Source of the DNA: Podarcis melisellensis
Taxonomy: Eukaryota
Direction: 5' to 3' (one strand)
DNA: 64,000 nt
NCBI GenBank assembly: GCA_964234715.1
Contig: OZ174278.1
Shown here piece after piece: positions 12,638 through 25,387 of the stretch. The translations under genes and the position numbers were made by a program. The notes beneath the pieces were generated by a model. That model searched no databases. It was not told where the DNA came from and saw nothing but the letters and a program-made list of their open reading frames with translations. Every line of letters starts with the position of its first letter. Position 1 is the stretch's first letter.

Positions 12638-14455
12638 GTAAAGGAATCTGTGTAACTTTACATAAATACACTATTGAAGGCAAACTTTCAAGGGCCTGCT
12701 TAGCATAGTTGCTCCAGGCTTCATAAACTGTGGTTCATAAAGCTGGGAATTGGCAGTGCTCCTTCTCACCTTGAACACCGCTTCATTTCTGGGTTGTATT
12801 AAACCACAGTTTCTTGTTACATCTGAAGTGGGGAACTCAGATTTAACTGATATTAAAAACTGGAATAATGTAACTTAAAATATCAGAGCCTGTTAAAGAT
12901 TTCATATCAGTGTTCATTTATATGTACTTTTTATTCAGTCGTAATAAATTATTTTGGTTATGTAGGTTTTACTTCTGAATTGTTTTTATAATGGTTGTTT
13001 GTATTTAACTGCATTTAACTAGAGTTCCCTGATCTGGACGTAACTGAGAACTCAGGTTTAATGCAAGACAGAAAGGAAGCACTTGGTCCTGATGCCCATT
13101 GCTGGCTATGTAGGCCATAAAACATCACTCAGACCAGGCCAGTGTCTCTATTTTTGTTAACATATGACTGGTTTTGGTGTGGGAAGGTAATTTCCTTGCA
13201 TATTCAGAATATTACATAGTATAATATATTTTTGTTGCTGCTGTATGGACTGTCATTTCTGTTGTTGATTTCTGGGCTTGTTACAATTATTGTTGTTTAC
13301 CTGTCAGTTTTATGCACTGACAGGATGCTGGACTAAATGGGCCACTCGCATGATCCAAAAAGCTTTTCTTATGTTCTTATAAATTTGATTATTGGCCATG
13401 CCAGTCTTAAAACTGTGTGTAACCATGAAAACAGAAATGAACAAAATATACATCTTCATAGAACTGGCACTCCTCACATTTAAGTTGTGATTATTCTTTT
13501 AAAAGCATACATTTATTTTCATGCCATCCTAAACACATTTCTCAAAACACAGGTCTAGAGAAAAAGCCCTCTGTTTTCCCCATTTTCTCCTTATACACTG
13601 CTTGTGTTTGTATATAGGTTGGGACAGTGAGTTAACTGTGCACCATTGCCTTAAGATCAACTTCCCATTCAGACTCTTCCCTTAGCCTAGTATAAGTCTT
13701 CCTGCAGGTGGGGCACCATTGCCATTCTAAGAGAACAAGGGAGAAGTTCATGGTGAGCTCCGGCACCTATTTTTCTTTTTAAAAAATGGCACTAGGTAGA
13801 GCCAAATTCATTAGTCAAGGTTCAATAGGCTGCAGTTCCTTGGGAAGCTGAGCGATTTACTTGACTACAGTTTTGTTGCCAAATGGTCTACAAATCACAA
13901 AGCTTTCCACACCTTCCTTGTATATTTGAATAGGCTGGGATGTAGTCCCCTGACACTTGATACAATACTTGTAGCTGTCCTAGAGATGTCAAGAATAATT
14001 TTCACCACTGCTGTTTTTGGACATTTTCACGTCAGTCAAAACTGAACCATGTCAAAATCTGTACTGTGTCTTGAGGACATAATTAATTGGGTGATATATA
14101 AATACCATAAATAAATGGTGTACTCTTCTCTCCCTTCTGGCTCTGGACTAGAGACCATTTTTAATGGTATAAAGAGGGAGGGGATAAATGAAAGAAATTT
14201 TGTGCAAAGCAACTGCTTTGTGTGATAGCTCCATGGTAAGGCCAGAACCAAATGGATTTATTTTTAAATGGTATCCTGCATTGTCTTAAAAGTAATCACT
14301 GTGAAATATTTATTACAGTATATAACAACATATAGCCATTAGTTTATATGATTGCAAGATGCGAGTTGTCATGGAATACATTGAACTGATTGCAATAGTT
14401 TTCATATTTTTAATGTGGGTGGATGATTAAATTTAAATATGGTTAAGTGTATAGC

Positions 14456-14557
14456 TTTGACCAAACTGTGGGAGGCAGTGGAAGACAGGAGTGCCTGGCG
14501 TGCTCTGGTCCATGGGGTCACGAAGAGTCGGACATGACTAAACGACTAAACAACAAC
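14456..14557 (+). mobile_element. Bov-B (RTE clade) LINE 3' end
   Basis: gcctggcgtgctctggtccatggggtcacgaagagtcggacatgactaaacgactaaacaacaac; TSD aagtgtatagc at 14445-14455 and 14558-14568. Confidence 0.88.
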
Positions 14558-15287
14558 AAGTGTATAGCATAGATTTTAAACAGGGCTATAAAACTATTAT
14601 TAGTTTGTTCAGTTGATTTCCTTCTGCTGCAGTGGATTGGCTGATCTGTAAAACAGAATCTCCAGCTGTTTCTCCTGATAGTGGTTTGTTTTCACCAGTT
14701 TCCACATTCTGTCCTTGATCCCACAAAAAATCATCATGGCCAAGTCCCAGTGAAACCAATGACTTAAACTAATCAATCCCGGTGCTTTTAATTGAATTTT
14801 GTCATGAGCTGTACCTGGACCCATATATTTCTTGCACTATGGTATTGTGCCTTTGCTAGTGAAGGGATTACCCCTCACTGAGTGGGATAAAGTTAAATAA
14901 AGTACAGTTTTGTTTCCAGTTTTGTTTAATTTATACCCAGAACTGGGAATAAGTTGCTTCAGGAACCCCAACATCAAGAATCCTCACTGCAGATTCATGA
15001 TATATGCTACCACTCATAAAGAATCCCTGAATTCACATCTGATTTATACAGGGAATGATCAAGGCTGTATCTCCTCAGCATCAGTCATGTTGCCCACTTC
15101 CATCTCTACTGAGGGAGTTTGTCAGATGCCTGTCCCCCAAGAAGAGACCGTTATTCAGTGGAAGAATGCATGCTTTGCAGTTCTAGACATTATCACCACC
15201 ACCATCTCTTTTGCCCTTTAACTATCTGTGGCCTTTTAGAAGTGGCCAGGATGTTTTTAATGTATTCCCTATCCCCTTGGTTTAAAA

Positions 15288-15649
15288 GGGACGCAGGTGG
15301 CGCTGTGGGTAAAACCTCAGTGCCTAGGACTTGCCGATCGCATGGTCAGCGGTTCGAATCCCTGCGGCGGGGTGAGCTCCCGTCGTTCGGTCCCAGCTCC
15401 TGCCCACCTAGCAGTTTGAAGCACCCCTAAGTGCAGGTAGATAAATAGGTACCGCTTTATAGCGGGAAGGTAAACGGCGTTCCGTGTGCTGCTCTGGTGC
15501 CGGTTCGCCGGAGCAGCTTCGTCACGCTGGCCACGTGACCCGGAAGTGTCTTCGGACGGCGCCGGCTCACGGCCTCTAGAGCGAGATGAGCACGCAACCC
15601 TAGAGTCTGTCAAGACTGGCCCGTACGGGCAGGGGTACCTTTACCTTTT
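15288..15649 (+). mobile_element. Sauria SINE, full length, distinct CpG-rich subfamily
   Basis: Same head and (ACCTTT) tail; perfect 17-bp TSD tatccccttggtttaaa at 15270-15286 and 15650-15666. Confidence 0.9.
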
Positions 15650-16492
15650 TATCCCCTTGGTTTAAATGTACCTGTGCGGGTTTTGTTTGGTTAGTTTGTT
15701 GAAAGTCACTCTGGGTTAAAAGTGACAACAAATTTAATAAATAATAATATCCAGTTAAAAGGGTGACTTAGCAGGTGATGGTGAACACCTTTTCTAAGAT
15801 TTCTGAGGGCAACTCCCAGTGACAGTAAACAATACTGCATTAGATGGGTATTTAGTCTGATCTGCGGCAGAGGAAGCTTCCTGGCTGAGTCAGACCAGTG
15901 TGTCCATCGAGCTCATCATACATCCTCTACTTTGTACCAACCCCTGGCTATGGAGACATCTCAGGTTCCCCAATTTTTATATGGATCTGAGCCCAGATAT
16001 TGGCTTTCTAAAATCAGGAGCACTTTACGGTTGGGGACCATTCAAACATTCATCCTCCACCATCACCTGTATTCTTAGATGGTACATTCTCATAACCTAG
16101 TGGTGGACCTTGGGGGGGGGGTCTCAGATTTCAATGGCACCCTGTGCAATGCCAAGTTCAGAGCCCCCGCCCCACTTCTCACGCTCCATTCTAAATCATA
16201 GTTGCGACATCTCCTGTGGTGCCCCCGAGGCTCAGAGCACAGTGTGACCAAACCATTCACACACCCTTAAATCTGCCTATGCATAACCTGTCTGCCATGT
16301 TACAAAATCTGAATGTCTAGATTGGTCCTGATCAGCTCAGAACATAGGCTTAGCTGTGAGCTACACAAGCTGTCTTGTGGTTCTTTTGCTGTAACATCAC
16401 ACACAAAACAAAACATGTTGCAGAATACTCTTGGCATACATAGCTAGGTACAAGGATGTCGTCTGTGTCATTTAAGGTACTGGTTGTTGTGC

Positions 16493-16695
16493 AAAATAAA
16501 AATAAAAAATCCTTCCAGTAGCACCTTAGAGACCAACTAAATTTGTTCTTGGTATGAGCTTTTGTGTGCATGCACACTTCTTCAGATACACTGAAATAGA
16601 AGTCACCAGACCCTTACATATAGTGAGAGGGTGGGGAGGGGTATTATTCAGAAGGGTGGTGGGAATGGGTGATTGGCTGATAGGTGTGGTAAACA
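16493..16695 (-). mobile_element. Penelope-like element terminal (pLTR) fragment containing a hammerhead motif
   Basis: ccagtagcaccttagagaccaac...tggtatgagcttttgtgtgcatgcacacttcttcagatac, homologous to the arms at 25177-25352; family assignment recalled from reptile Penelope termini. Confidence 0.7.
16552..16589 (-). ncRNA. Minimal type I hammerhead ribozyme motif, predicted inactive (G12A)
   Basis: Minus strand: GUAU-CUGAAGA-A-GUGUGC-AU-GCACAC-[A]AA-AGCU-C-AUAC. Stem I GUAU/AUAC, CUGANGA core, stem II, palindromic AGCU stem III; GAAA reads AAAA. Confidence 0.65.
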
Positions 16696-18959
16696 CTTGT
16701 TGTGCACTTCGCTTTCATTATTATACTTTAAAAAAAAACAATTCTTGAATTATTATTATTATTATTTTGCTTAAACACATTTCACTTTATTCCCCTTAGC
16801 ACCTTGGCCCCCACCTTTTGTCTCTATTGTGTCTGGCAACCCATTTTAGTAAATAAGCAACAGCAACTGAACAGGCATGTTTTAGCAGAAGTACAAAGTG
16901 TTCTCCCCTCTAACTAGCAGTTGTTAAAAAGCAATATAATTTTAGTACAATGTGCTGCCGCTGCTTTTTTCTAAGAAAACTGGCAGATTATCCTAGGACA
17001 TAAATATGTGCTTTTAAATATGTATTGTTGGGCCCTGCTGTGAAGGTTGAGGTGTCACTGTTTTAGAGCCATAGTTTCCAACTTAGTGTGTTGTGACATA
17101 AATGGTTACAACTTTAAATTAAAACCCTACAATACAAGGAAATTTAGTAAGCAGACTGTCATGTTCCTACATCCTCCATTTAAGTTGCTCTTTGGTCTGA
17201 AAATGTCAGAGACCCAGAATGAGCATAAATCAATACAAAGGATTTTATTTTGGCTTTAAGTATTAACTGTCATCCTCAGTGAGTAAGACTTCAGCATAAC
17301 TGGTAAGGCAAGCAAGAAGGCTTTGTCTCCAGGCTAGTAACTACCTATCCCAAATAACTACACTGAGAAGTCAGTGTAGATATGTGGCCTCAGGTGCCTC
17401 CGCAAGGCAGCCTTCATATCGTGCCATGCTGGCTTGGATTGTTGGGAGTTGTAGTCCATGACATCTAGGGACACCAGGCTGGGGAAAATGTACTACCAAC
17501 AAATTCAGTTCCAACAAATGCCACTTTCTCTACACTTCTCTTTGCCTGCAGTTTGGAAACTGGAGTGGCAATCAGTATCTGACAGTGGAGGAGTCGGCGG
17601 GGTGTTTCGCCTGAAGGCTGACCATTGCTGATGCCTGTTTCCAACACACACACACCCCTTTTAACCCAAGTGGAATATCTGTGAAGGAAACTGAACGCAA
17701 AAACATTGTCAGAATGCAAAATCTGTGTGCATTTTGCACCTACAAACTACTATGGAACTATAAGGTTCTGTAGGATGCAGTGCTAAAATACTTATTGAAA
17801 AAGACATGTACTAGTTCTTAGTTGTCTCAGAGCACCACTGAGAGTGTTGGCATTACCTAATAAATATGGCTTTCCTTAGCTTACAGGTCCTTGAAAACTG
17901 GAGGTGAGGGATTGGTCTCTGTGCTGGTTTTCCTGATGGAATGATAACCATAAAACTCATTTTCCAATACCTCATTCCATTGCTTTTTAGTAAAGTGGCG
18001 ATATCAGGCTGGGTGAGAAAGGAAGGGAATCCACCATATAATCCGTAGTATACTACATGGGTACCTTTAGTTCACCTAGCCCCAAACTGTTATTTGGTGG
18101 CACTCTCTGGGCACTAAGATGTTTCCCAGTCTTGCTACCTGAGAATATTTGAAACTGGAGATGATGGAGAAAGAACCTGTATGAATTGGTCTTATGCTGC
18201 ACCCTGGGTGGCATGATACTGTAACTGTCTTCAAAGGCATATTGTAGTCTCATTCAGGATCCTCAAAGGAGTGTTAGAGGTTTTCTATGTGTAACATGTA
18301 TGTGTGGCACCAGATGAACTTAAAGAAAGAGAAATTATGTACAAGCCCAGGGTTTCTATAATCTTGGTAGTAATGTTTTGCTGGCTGGAAAGCTTCTATC
18401 TTTCATCCTTTACAAGACTAGCCTGCCTCTTAAAAATCCACGTGTAGGTGTACTCCTCCACTCCATTTAATACCACTGATGAATGAGTGCTGATTCACAA
18501 TCCTTTGTCCTTGGCATCCATTCACTCAAAATCCTGTTTTCATGCTTGTGAAAACCAAGAGACTTCCCAAAGCACAGGTTAAACCTTTCCTCATCATTCT
18601 AGCTGACATTGTCTGTTAACTACATGCCTTTCCCACACCACAGCCAATGCATGGGAAGAAATAGGCTTTCAAGGATGAGCGCTAACATATAGCAGAATTT
18701 GTAACCATTAGTTACCATGCCAATCCCTTTTCTTGTCTCAGCTGAAGAAATAATGTATCGCGCACTAGCATCTCGGGACCGGTGTTTATCACTCTGAATA
18801 TATGGCAGATGGGGGCGGGAATGCCTTCTCCACCCCACAAACCTCTAAAAATCCAGTTTTCTCTGATGGGTTTAGCAGTTGCGAGACTGCCAGTCAGCTG
18901 TGGCTTTACAAGAGTTATTGTCATTGTGATTTTCGCATGAGTCATTTAGTATATTGCCC

Positions 18960-19325
18960 CCAAAGGTACCTCATTATGATTCAGTGTGCAGCATGTAAGA
19001 TGGTTAAGGCTTTGGGGCTTCGCCGATCAGAGTGGGGGCTGCAGTTGCTCAGCATTCTGAAGTCGCGGCATTGTGCTTCATTGACACCTTTGATGTAGCC
19101 CCTAAGACAGCACCTGCACCTCCCACTGCTGCTCAGAAGACGTCAGCCTTACGCAGAAAAGGCTTCGGCTTATGAATCCTGCATCTCATTCAGCTCTCGC
19201 TGTGAGCAGCTTTGGCTATCCTTAACTAATCCCAGCGCTTCCCATTTCTGCTGCTGCTTGGGTGTAGTACAAAGGCAAACGTTTTCCTGCTTGGCATTAT
19301 CTGATTAAACACTAAGTCTGTGTCC
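18960..19325 (+). promoter_or_regulatory. DCLK1: Internal (beta) promoter and 5'UTR for DCLK-short/CARP transcripts; limits approximate
   Basis: Lies directly upstream of the MLELIE ATG. Local CpG enrichment, CRE-like AGACGTCA at 19138-19145. An intronic promoter at this position is established in mammals. Confidence 0.65.
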
Positions 19326-19344
19326 ATGTTAGAACTCATAGAAG
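19326..19344 (+). CDS. DCLK1: Coding part of the alternative first exon (MLELIE) of DCLK-short (CPG16-type) and CARP
   Basis: ATG TTA GAA CTC ATA GAA G|gtaagt, with a consensus donor. Phase 1 matches the next exon (G+TT=V). MLELIE is the known N-terminus of the short isoforms. Confidence 0.95.
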
Positions 19345-20215
19345 GTAAGTTAAATGCCTTATTACTATCCTGACATGTAAATATTAATACAAGGTGGAGA
19401 GTTCGGATGCCTGGTAGTTGCCGCTACCCACCCCCTTTCCTGTTGCTGATGAATATGGATTGTAACCTAGCAGTGGTATGTCTGAGGAGACATTTTATTC
19501 CGTAGCATTTCTCTTTCTGTCTATGTGATTTTTCACTACATGGTTGGCATCCTTTGCTTAGGTGCTCTGTGCTGTGCCTTCTGTCTCTGCCAGGTTTTTG
19601 CTCTTTGTTTTACAGCAGATTTTATGGAAATAGAAAAGGCTACTCGTAACAAGTGTTTCCACCGTTTAAAAGAGCCATTCATATTTAGAGGAGAGTAACT
19701 GAGGTGTATTGGGCAACATTGTTAGAAGTGGCAGAACCCATAAAGCTTGGGTCAAAGGTGCTATGTAGACACTTCTGCAAGGTAGTGACCTATCAGTACC
19801 AACACTGTTTTGATATTGTCTATAATATAGCAGTGATCTTAAATTTCTAATAGATTAAGAAACATATATAAAGCAAGGAGTGGAAGAGATTTTATGCAGG
19901 CAGCAGCAGGGTGGGGAAAGCATATGGCTCTGCATCTTTTTGCATGTACAAGCACTCCACAGTTGAGTACAATAATTTTAATTTCATCGGTGTTGAGGCC
20001 ACACAATGAATACCAATTAGTTGATCACTCATCTAAGCACAATGTAAGGCAGGCTAGTATTGAATCGTAATGTGGAGTGTGTTTGCTTGAGAGCTACTTT
20101 ATTTAATGCTTATAATATAAGAAATAAGTGGTTAATATGAATCATGTTTGTTGCACGTTGCATAGTTTTTTGTTCCAACGATGCACATATCTAATCTATT
20201 TGTTTGTCCTTCTAG

Positions 20216-20310
20216 TTAATGGAACTCCTGGTAGCCAGCTTTCTACTCCCCGCTCTGGGAAGTCTCCAAGCCCTTCTCCCACCAGCCCAGGAAGCCTGCG
20301 GAAACAGAGG
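20216..20310 (+). CDS. DCLK1: DCLK1 coding exon shared by all isoforms (Ser/Pro-rich), 95 bp, phase 1-0
   Basis: Acceptor gtccttctag|TTAATGGA, donor CAGAGG|gtaagg; encodes (V)[31 protein letters not shown]. Confidence 0.97.
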
Positions 20311-22025
20311 GTAAGGAAACTTGCGGTTATTAAGAGTGTCCAAGAGAATACCTTGATACTAAATAGCTTAATCTGTTGCAGTGGTTTTCAAACTTTATTC
20401 ATTTAGGGATCTGCTGAGAAATCCCTTGGGATAGGGAATTCCCCACCCCAACCCAATGCTTTGCTTGGCCTTCTGCTCTGCCCTATTTCCATATCCCATT
20501 CTCTGGAAAATTTCATTAATTGTCTCAGGACCTGATGTATTTGCTCATTTTGGAGCCTCTCATTTGTTCCCATTAATACTGTTCCCCCACCCTGCACTGA
20601 TAAGCAGAAACAATTGTGTGCATTGAAACACTGGGTGCAATATTTTTGAGCATATGCTCTCATATATATGAATGTTTGCCTAGAACTCTGAGAGTATTGT
20701 TTCAATTTGTACAATTGTTCATGTGCATAGCATAACAGTAAGAAAAAACAGTATTGTGGGGAAAATGGAAGGAACTGAAAGCTGGGGCAAGAGCTGTACA
20801 TGTGTAGTTGTCTTTACAAGGTCCAGAAATCTAATCCAAAGTAATCGCAGATAACTAATGCATTGGTATCAGAAACACACCCAAGACCTGGAACCCTAGA
20901 GAGAAAATTGGGGAGGTGAAATTTTGTAAGCATCCCAGGAACCCCTGCAGGTAGATCACAGATCCATGGGACATTGCAGAAAAACATGTTTCTGCAGTGT
21001 TCTGGCCAAATCTGTTGGGCCTCTCTGCTGTCCCACGTGAACTGAATTCAACCTGGAAACCACCCAACAGTTTCTTGTAGCTGAATTTTGCAGGGTAATG
21101 AAGGACAATCTGTCTTTTGGGCATTTGGCAGTCCATTACTCCACCCCTGATAAGCTTAGAAGAAACTCCAGGGCTCTGGGATGACTGTTTGAAAACCACT
21201 GTTCTTATAGGTGTAGCATGCCTGGTCAAAATAGCTTGTCTACAGTTCTTGTTTAGAAGCCGTTGTATAAACTGGAACAACAGTTGAACTGAAACAACTG
21301 CCCTTCTTGGCATTTGTGAAAGAGCTCTCTCTAAGGAAATGTACTCCTTTTGTGATGTTACATTTTTAATGATATATTGCAAAGCGTTTCTCTGTTGAAA
21401 GAATAATGCCCTTTCCACCCTTCATTCAAAACAATGAACCCTATGGTGCAAAAAGAGACAAAAGTATGTCCCCCTCAAGCCAAGAGTAGTGAAGAATAAT
21501 GAAAGAACAATTTATCAATGCACAAAAAGTATTCGAAAAAATACACCTGCACACTCTGGTTGCATTTGCACAACACACTAAACAATGGTTTAGCACACCA
21601 TGCCTGAAATGGAACAAGGCCAAGTGAGCCTTGGACTTACATGCTCTCCCCTTCCCTCACTTCCTTTCATCTGGTCAGGAGGGAAATTGGCAGCATCTCC
21701 CTTAAACTTGGTCTGTCTTTGCATACAAAGTGAGGATCATTGTTAAGGGTGATATTCAGTGCTTGCTCTGCTCAGAGTAGATCCATTGATGTTCCTGGAC
21801 ACAACTAACTTGGGTTCATTAATTTCAGGCATCTACTCTAAATAGGACTAAGCTGAATACTATCCTAAATCACTAATTCTCAGATTCAAAATTAGCCATC
21901 CTCAAACCATAGGTTATGAAGCTGGCTTGTTTAACTTAACCATATGTAGTATAAACTACAATCTAACTTTCATACTCAGTGAGAAACCAAGTTCAAGAGA
22001 AACAGAAAGTTATTACTGTCAAAGC

Positions 22026-22326
22026 CAGTGGTTCCCAGTTGGGGGTCCGCTGAACGCACCCAGAGGGTCTGTGGCCTCATCCCTTGCCTGCCTCCAACTA
22101 ATTTTTTGTCATTTTTGCATGGTAATAAACACAAATTTATGGTCTTTCTTGTTTTTAGTATACCTAAAATCCTTTGCTTATTAGGGGCTACCCCACATTT
22201 TGTTCAAAAAATTGCTTTGCAGAGGTAACTACCATAGAGTTATCAAAACTTTCAAAAGTAGGTGGTCCGTGGCTTGGCTTTTGAAAAATAGGGGGTCCTC
22301 AGCAATTAGCTAATTGGGAACCACTG
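22026..22326. mobile_element. hAT-family MITE
   Basis: TIR CAGTGGTTCCCAGTT / AATTGGGAACCACTG; 8-bp TSD gtcaaagc / gtcatagc (7 of 8 match). Confidence 0.8.
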
Positions 22327-23295
22327 GTCATAGCCTTTATCCTGGTCACAAAGAAGAGGGAGACCATTTGAGCCCAAGGCTTGCTTTTACTCATTCCCGT
22401 GTTCATCATGAGAACATCACCATTATTAGACTTTAGAAAAATCTATCTAGTCTCCTATGTCAATGTGCATAAACCAATAAACATTCTGAAATCATTGTAG
22501 CAGTTATTTTCATGCTTGTAACATATTAGTACAAAACACCTTTGATTATATTGATTATTATAGGGCAGGTCAAAGTTGTGGGCATCTCAACGATTGACGC
22601 TAACTAGTTGGAAGAGGTATCTCCTTTACTTCTCTGAAACCTAAAAAAAGTCTTCCTTAAGACAGCACACTCATGTCTCTCATTTCTGTTTACTAATATG
22701 GTTAGGCCCATCATTTCTCTGTGTTTTGGCTGAACTAATTTAATAATCCAGGGCATGGTCTTGAAGGCACATGATGTAGAAATCTTGCCAAAGCTAAGTA
22801 GGATTGTGTCTGGTCAATATCTAGATGGGACATCACTTGGCAATGCTGTGTGGGTCACCTTGAGCTCCCTAGACAAAAAGGTGAGAAATAAATATAATAA
22901 ATAGCTTAGCTTACAGGTTGGTTGTGAGAGAATGATATAGCTATGATTAGCAACTACTGGAGAAGGCATCGGGGTTTAATCAGGCACCTGTTGAGGCCTG
23001 TTCATCAGTAGGGGACGTCAGTTCCAGTCCTTGGAACCTCCTGAACGTGTTCCTTGGCTGTCTTCTTGCTGCCTACTATCAATGTTGAACAAATATGCTG
23101 GGGGAGGAATAAGGAGCAGCAGCAGGATATATCTTGTTTTTTCCCCTCTGGGAAGTGATGTGAATTGGGCCAGGAGAAGAGGCAAATGAATGGAAGTGGT
23201 AGCTGTGGTAAGGATAAAGAAAATGGGCACCCTCGGATTAAAAAAAGCCCCATTAAGAGCCTGATACCAGCACTCAACTACAGTATAGACTAGAG

Positions 23296-23604
23296 CAGGG
23301 GTCAGCAAACTTTTTCAGCAGGGGGCCGGTCCACTGTCCCTCAGACCTTTTGGAGGGACGGACTATATTGGTGGGGATGAAGAAATTCCTATGCCCCACA
23401 AATAACCCAGAGGTGCATTTTAAATAAAAGCACACATTCTACTCATGTAAAAACACCAGGCAGGCCCCAAAAATAACCCAGAGATGCATTTTAAATAAAA
23501 GGACACATTCTACTCATGTAAAAACATGTTGATTCCCAGACCGTCCACAGGCCAGATTTAGAAGGCGATTGGGCTGGATCTGGGCTTTAGTTTGCCTACC
23601 CATG
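23296..23604. mobile_element. hAT-family MITE with an internal tandem duplication
   Basis: TIR CAGGGGTCAGCAAACT / AGTTTGCCTACCCATG; perfect 8-bp TSD gactagag at 23288-23295 and 23605-23612; unit of about 56 bp repeated at about 23400 and 23471. Confidence 0.85.
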
Positions 23605-23621
23605 GACTAGAGGCAAGTGGG

Positions 23622-23688
23622 ATCATAGAATCATAGAACCATAGAGTTGGAAAGAGACCAAGAGGGTCATCTAGTCCAACCCCTTGCC
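23622..23688 (-). mobile_element. CR1 LINE extreme 3' end
   Basis: (catagaat)n tail followed by gagttggaa...ggtcatctagtccaacccc. Confidence 0.7.
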
Positions 23689-23999
23689 ATAGGAGCCAAC
23701 TCTTAGGGGCCGTGGGTCTGGGCCTGCACAAAGTTGATGAGCATTCCCATTCAAATGGTGTGTGCGCACTGTGTCACGTGATTGATTATGTGGGGCAGGG
23801 CTTACCTGGGCCCCATTATATTTTATTCAAGTTGACACCCCTGCCCTTTGCAATGCAGAATTTGTTAATTAGGGAACATGGTTTCATGTTGGTTTGCTTC
23901 CCTAACGATAGTTAAGTCTAACCACAACTTGTCCACAATCAAACGTAATGCTAAACTGGTTGATTAAAAAACAGTTTAAGGACAGGCAAAAGGCAGTAC

Positions 24000-24313
24000 G
24001 CAGCACATAGTTAAAGAATGGAATTTTTCACCCCAAGAGGTAGTATTGGCCACCAACTTGGATAGATTTAAAGGAGGGTAAGATAGATTCATAGAGGATA
24101 ATTCATGGAGGCTACTAGTCATAATGGCTATATCACCTTGAGTATCAAAGGCAATATACCTCTGAATTAGCAACTGCCGGGAATCACAAAGTGATGTGCT
24201 GTTGATCTCATGTCCTGCATGTAGACCTCCAAAAGGAGAACAGAATGCGAGAACAGAATGCTAGGCTAGATAAGCTTTTGGTTGGATCCAGCAAGCCGCC
24301 TCTTATGTTCTTA
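24000..24313 (+). mobile_element. Degenerate CR1 LINE 3' end
   Basis: ...ccaccaacttggatagatttaaaggagggtaagatagattcat... ending in tcttatgttctta. Confidence 0.6.
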
Positions 24314-25176
24314 TCTCCACCTCATTGGGATGCCAAGAGGAGGAGAGGAGAGGAGTGGAGCTGATGTCTGTGGCTGATTCACACATCACTAAGCCATTAC
24401 ATCTGATTGAGGCCATAATCTTATAGACTTCAATGTTTGCAATCGTAGTTTGTGGCTTTTCAGTCAGGGAACTGGCTTCAACTTATCTCCTAGACTCTAG
24501 CTTTTGATGAAGTACTTAATAAATTTACCATGATTTTGAGGTGAATGATACAGTTAGTATAATAATTATGTTGTTCCTTTTAGACCTGCCTCTTCAACAT
24601 GTTTATATTTGATGCACTCCTTCCTTCAAAGAAGATGGAAGGTGCTGTCACTCTAAAATTAAAGACAATTACTGATTAATTAGCTATTCGTGAACGGGAG
24701 GGGTAAATCTCTTTGCAGTATCTTTGGACCAGCTCATAAATGGAAGCACCCTTTTATCTCTTTCTTCTCTGTACAGTCTGGGGAGCGTAAAGAAACATCA
24801 GAGTGAATCAGAGAGAATGAATCAGAATGAGTTCAATAAAGTACCATTATAAAAGCAGAAATGACTTCAACTAACTTTTTGTTCTTTCCCCCATCTGCTC
24901 ACATAAACATTTTGTGATAGTGTGGGGGTTTTTTAACCGCCTTCCTTAAATTTGAACTGGCCTTTTTGGCTTCAGGACATGGATGGTGGAACTCTTTGAT
25001 ACATTTGGTGGCTGGGCAGATAGGTGGAGGTAAATCTGAAACTTCTTGTCATAAACGTTTGTCCTTTCTATCTCCCTTTCTATATTCCTTTCAGTCCCAA
25101 AGAGCATGATCTCGTAGTCCTCATTCAATACTGAAACTAAACCCTGAGTATGAGTAGCTGAACTTAACACAAAGTT

Positions 25177-25387
25177 AAAACAAAAAAAATTCCTTCCAGT
25201 AGCACCTTAAAGACCAACTAAGTTAGTTATTGGTATGAGCTTTCGTGTGCATGCACACTTCAAGTTACAAGTGTGCATGCACACGAAAGCTCATACCAAG
25301 AACTAACTTAGTTGGTCTTTAAGGTGCTACTGGAAGGAATTTTTTTTGTTTTGACTATGGCAGACCAACACGGCTACCTATCTGTAA
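25177..25387. mobile_element. Penelope-like insertion made of two inverted terminal fragments (84-bp arms)
   Basis: Arms 25177-25260 and 25269-25352 are reverse complements with 1 mismatch; flanking direct repeat ttaacacaaagtta at 25164-25177 and 25388-25401. Confidence 0.8.

Noticed and set aside
20855-21418. Longest ORF in the track (187 aa, minus strand)
   Set aside because: No recognisable domain, non-ATG start, antisense within an intron; consistent with a chance ORF.
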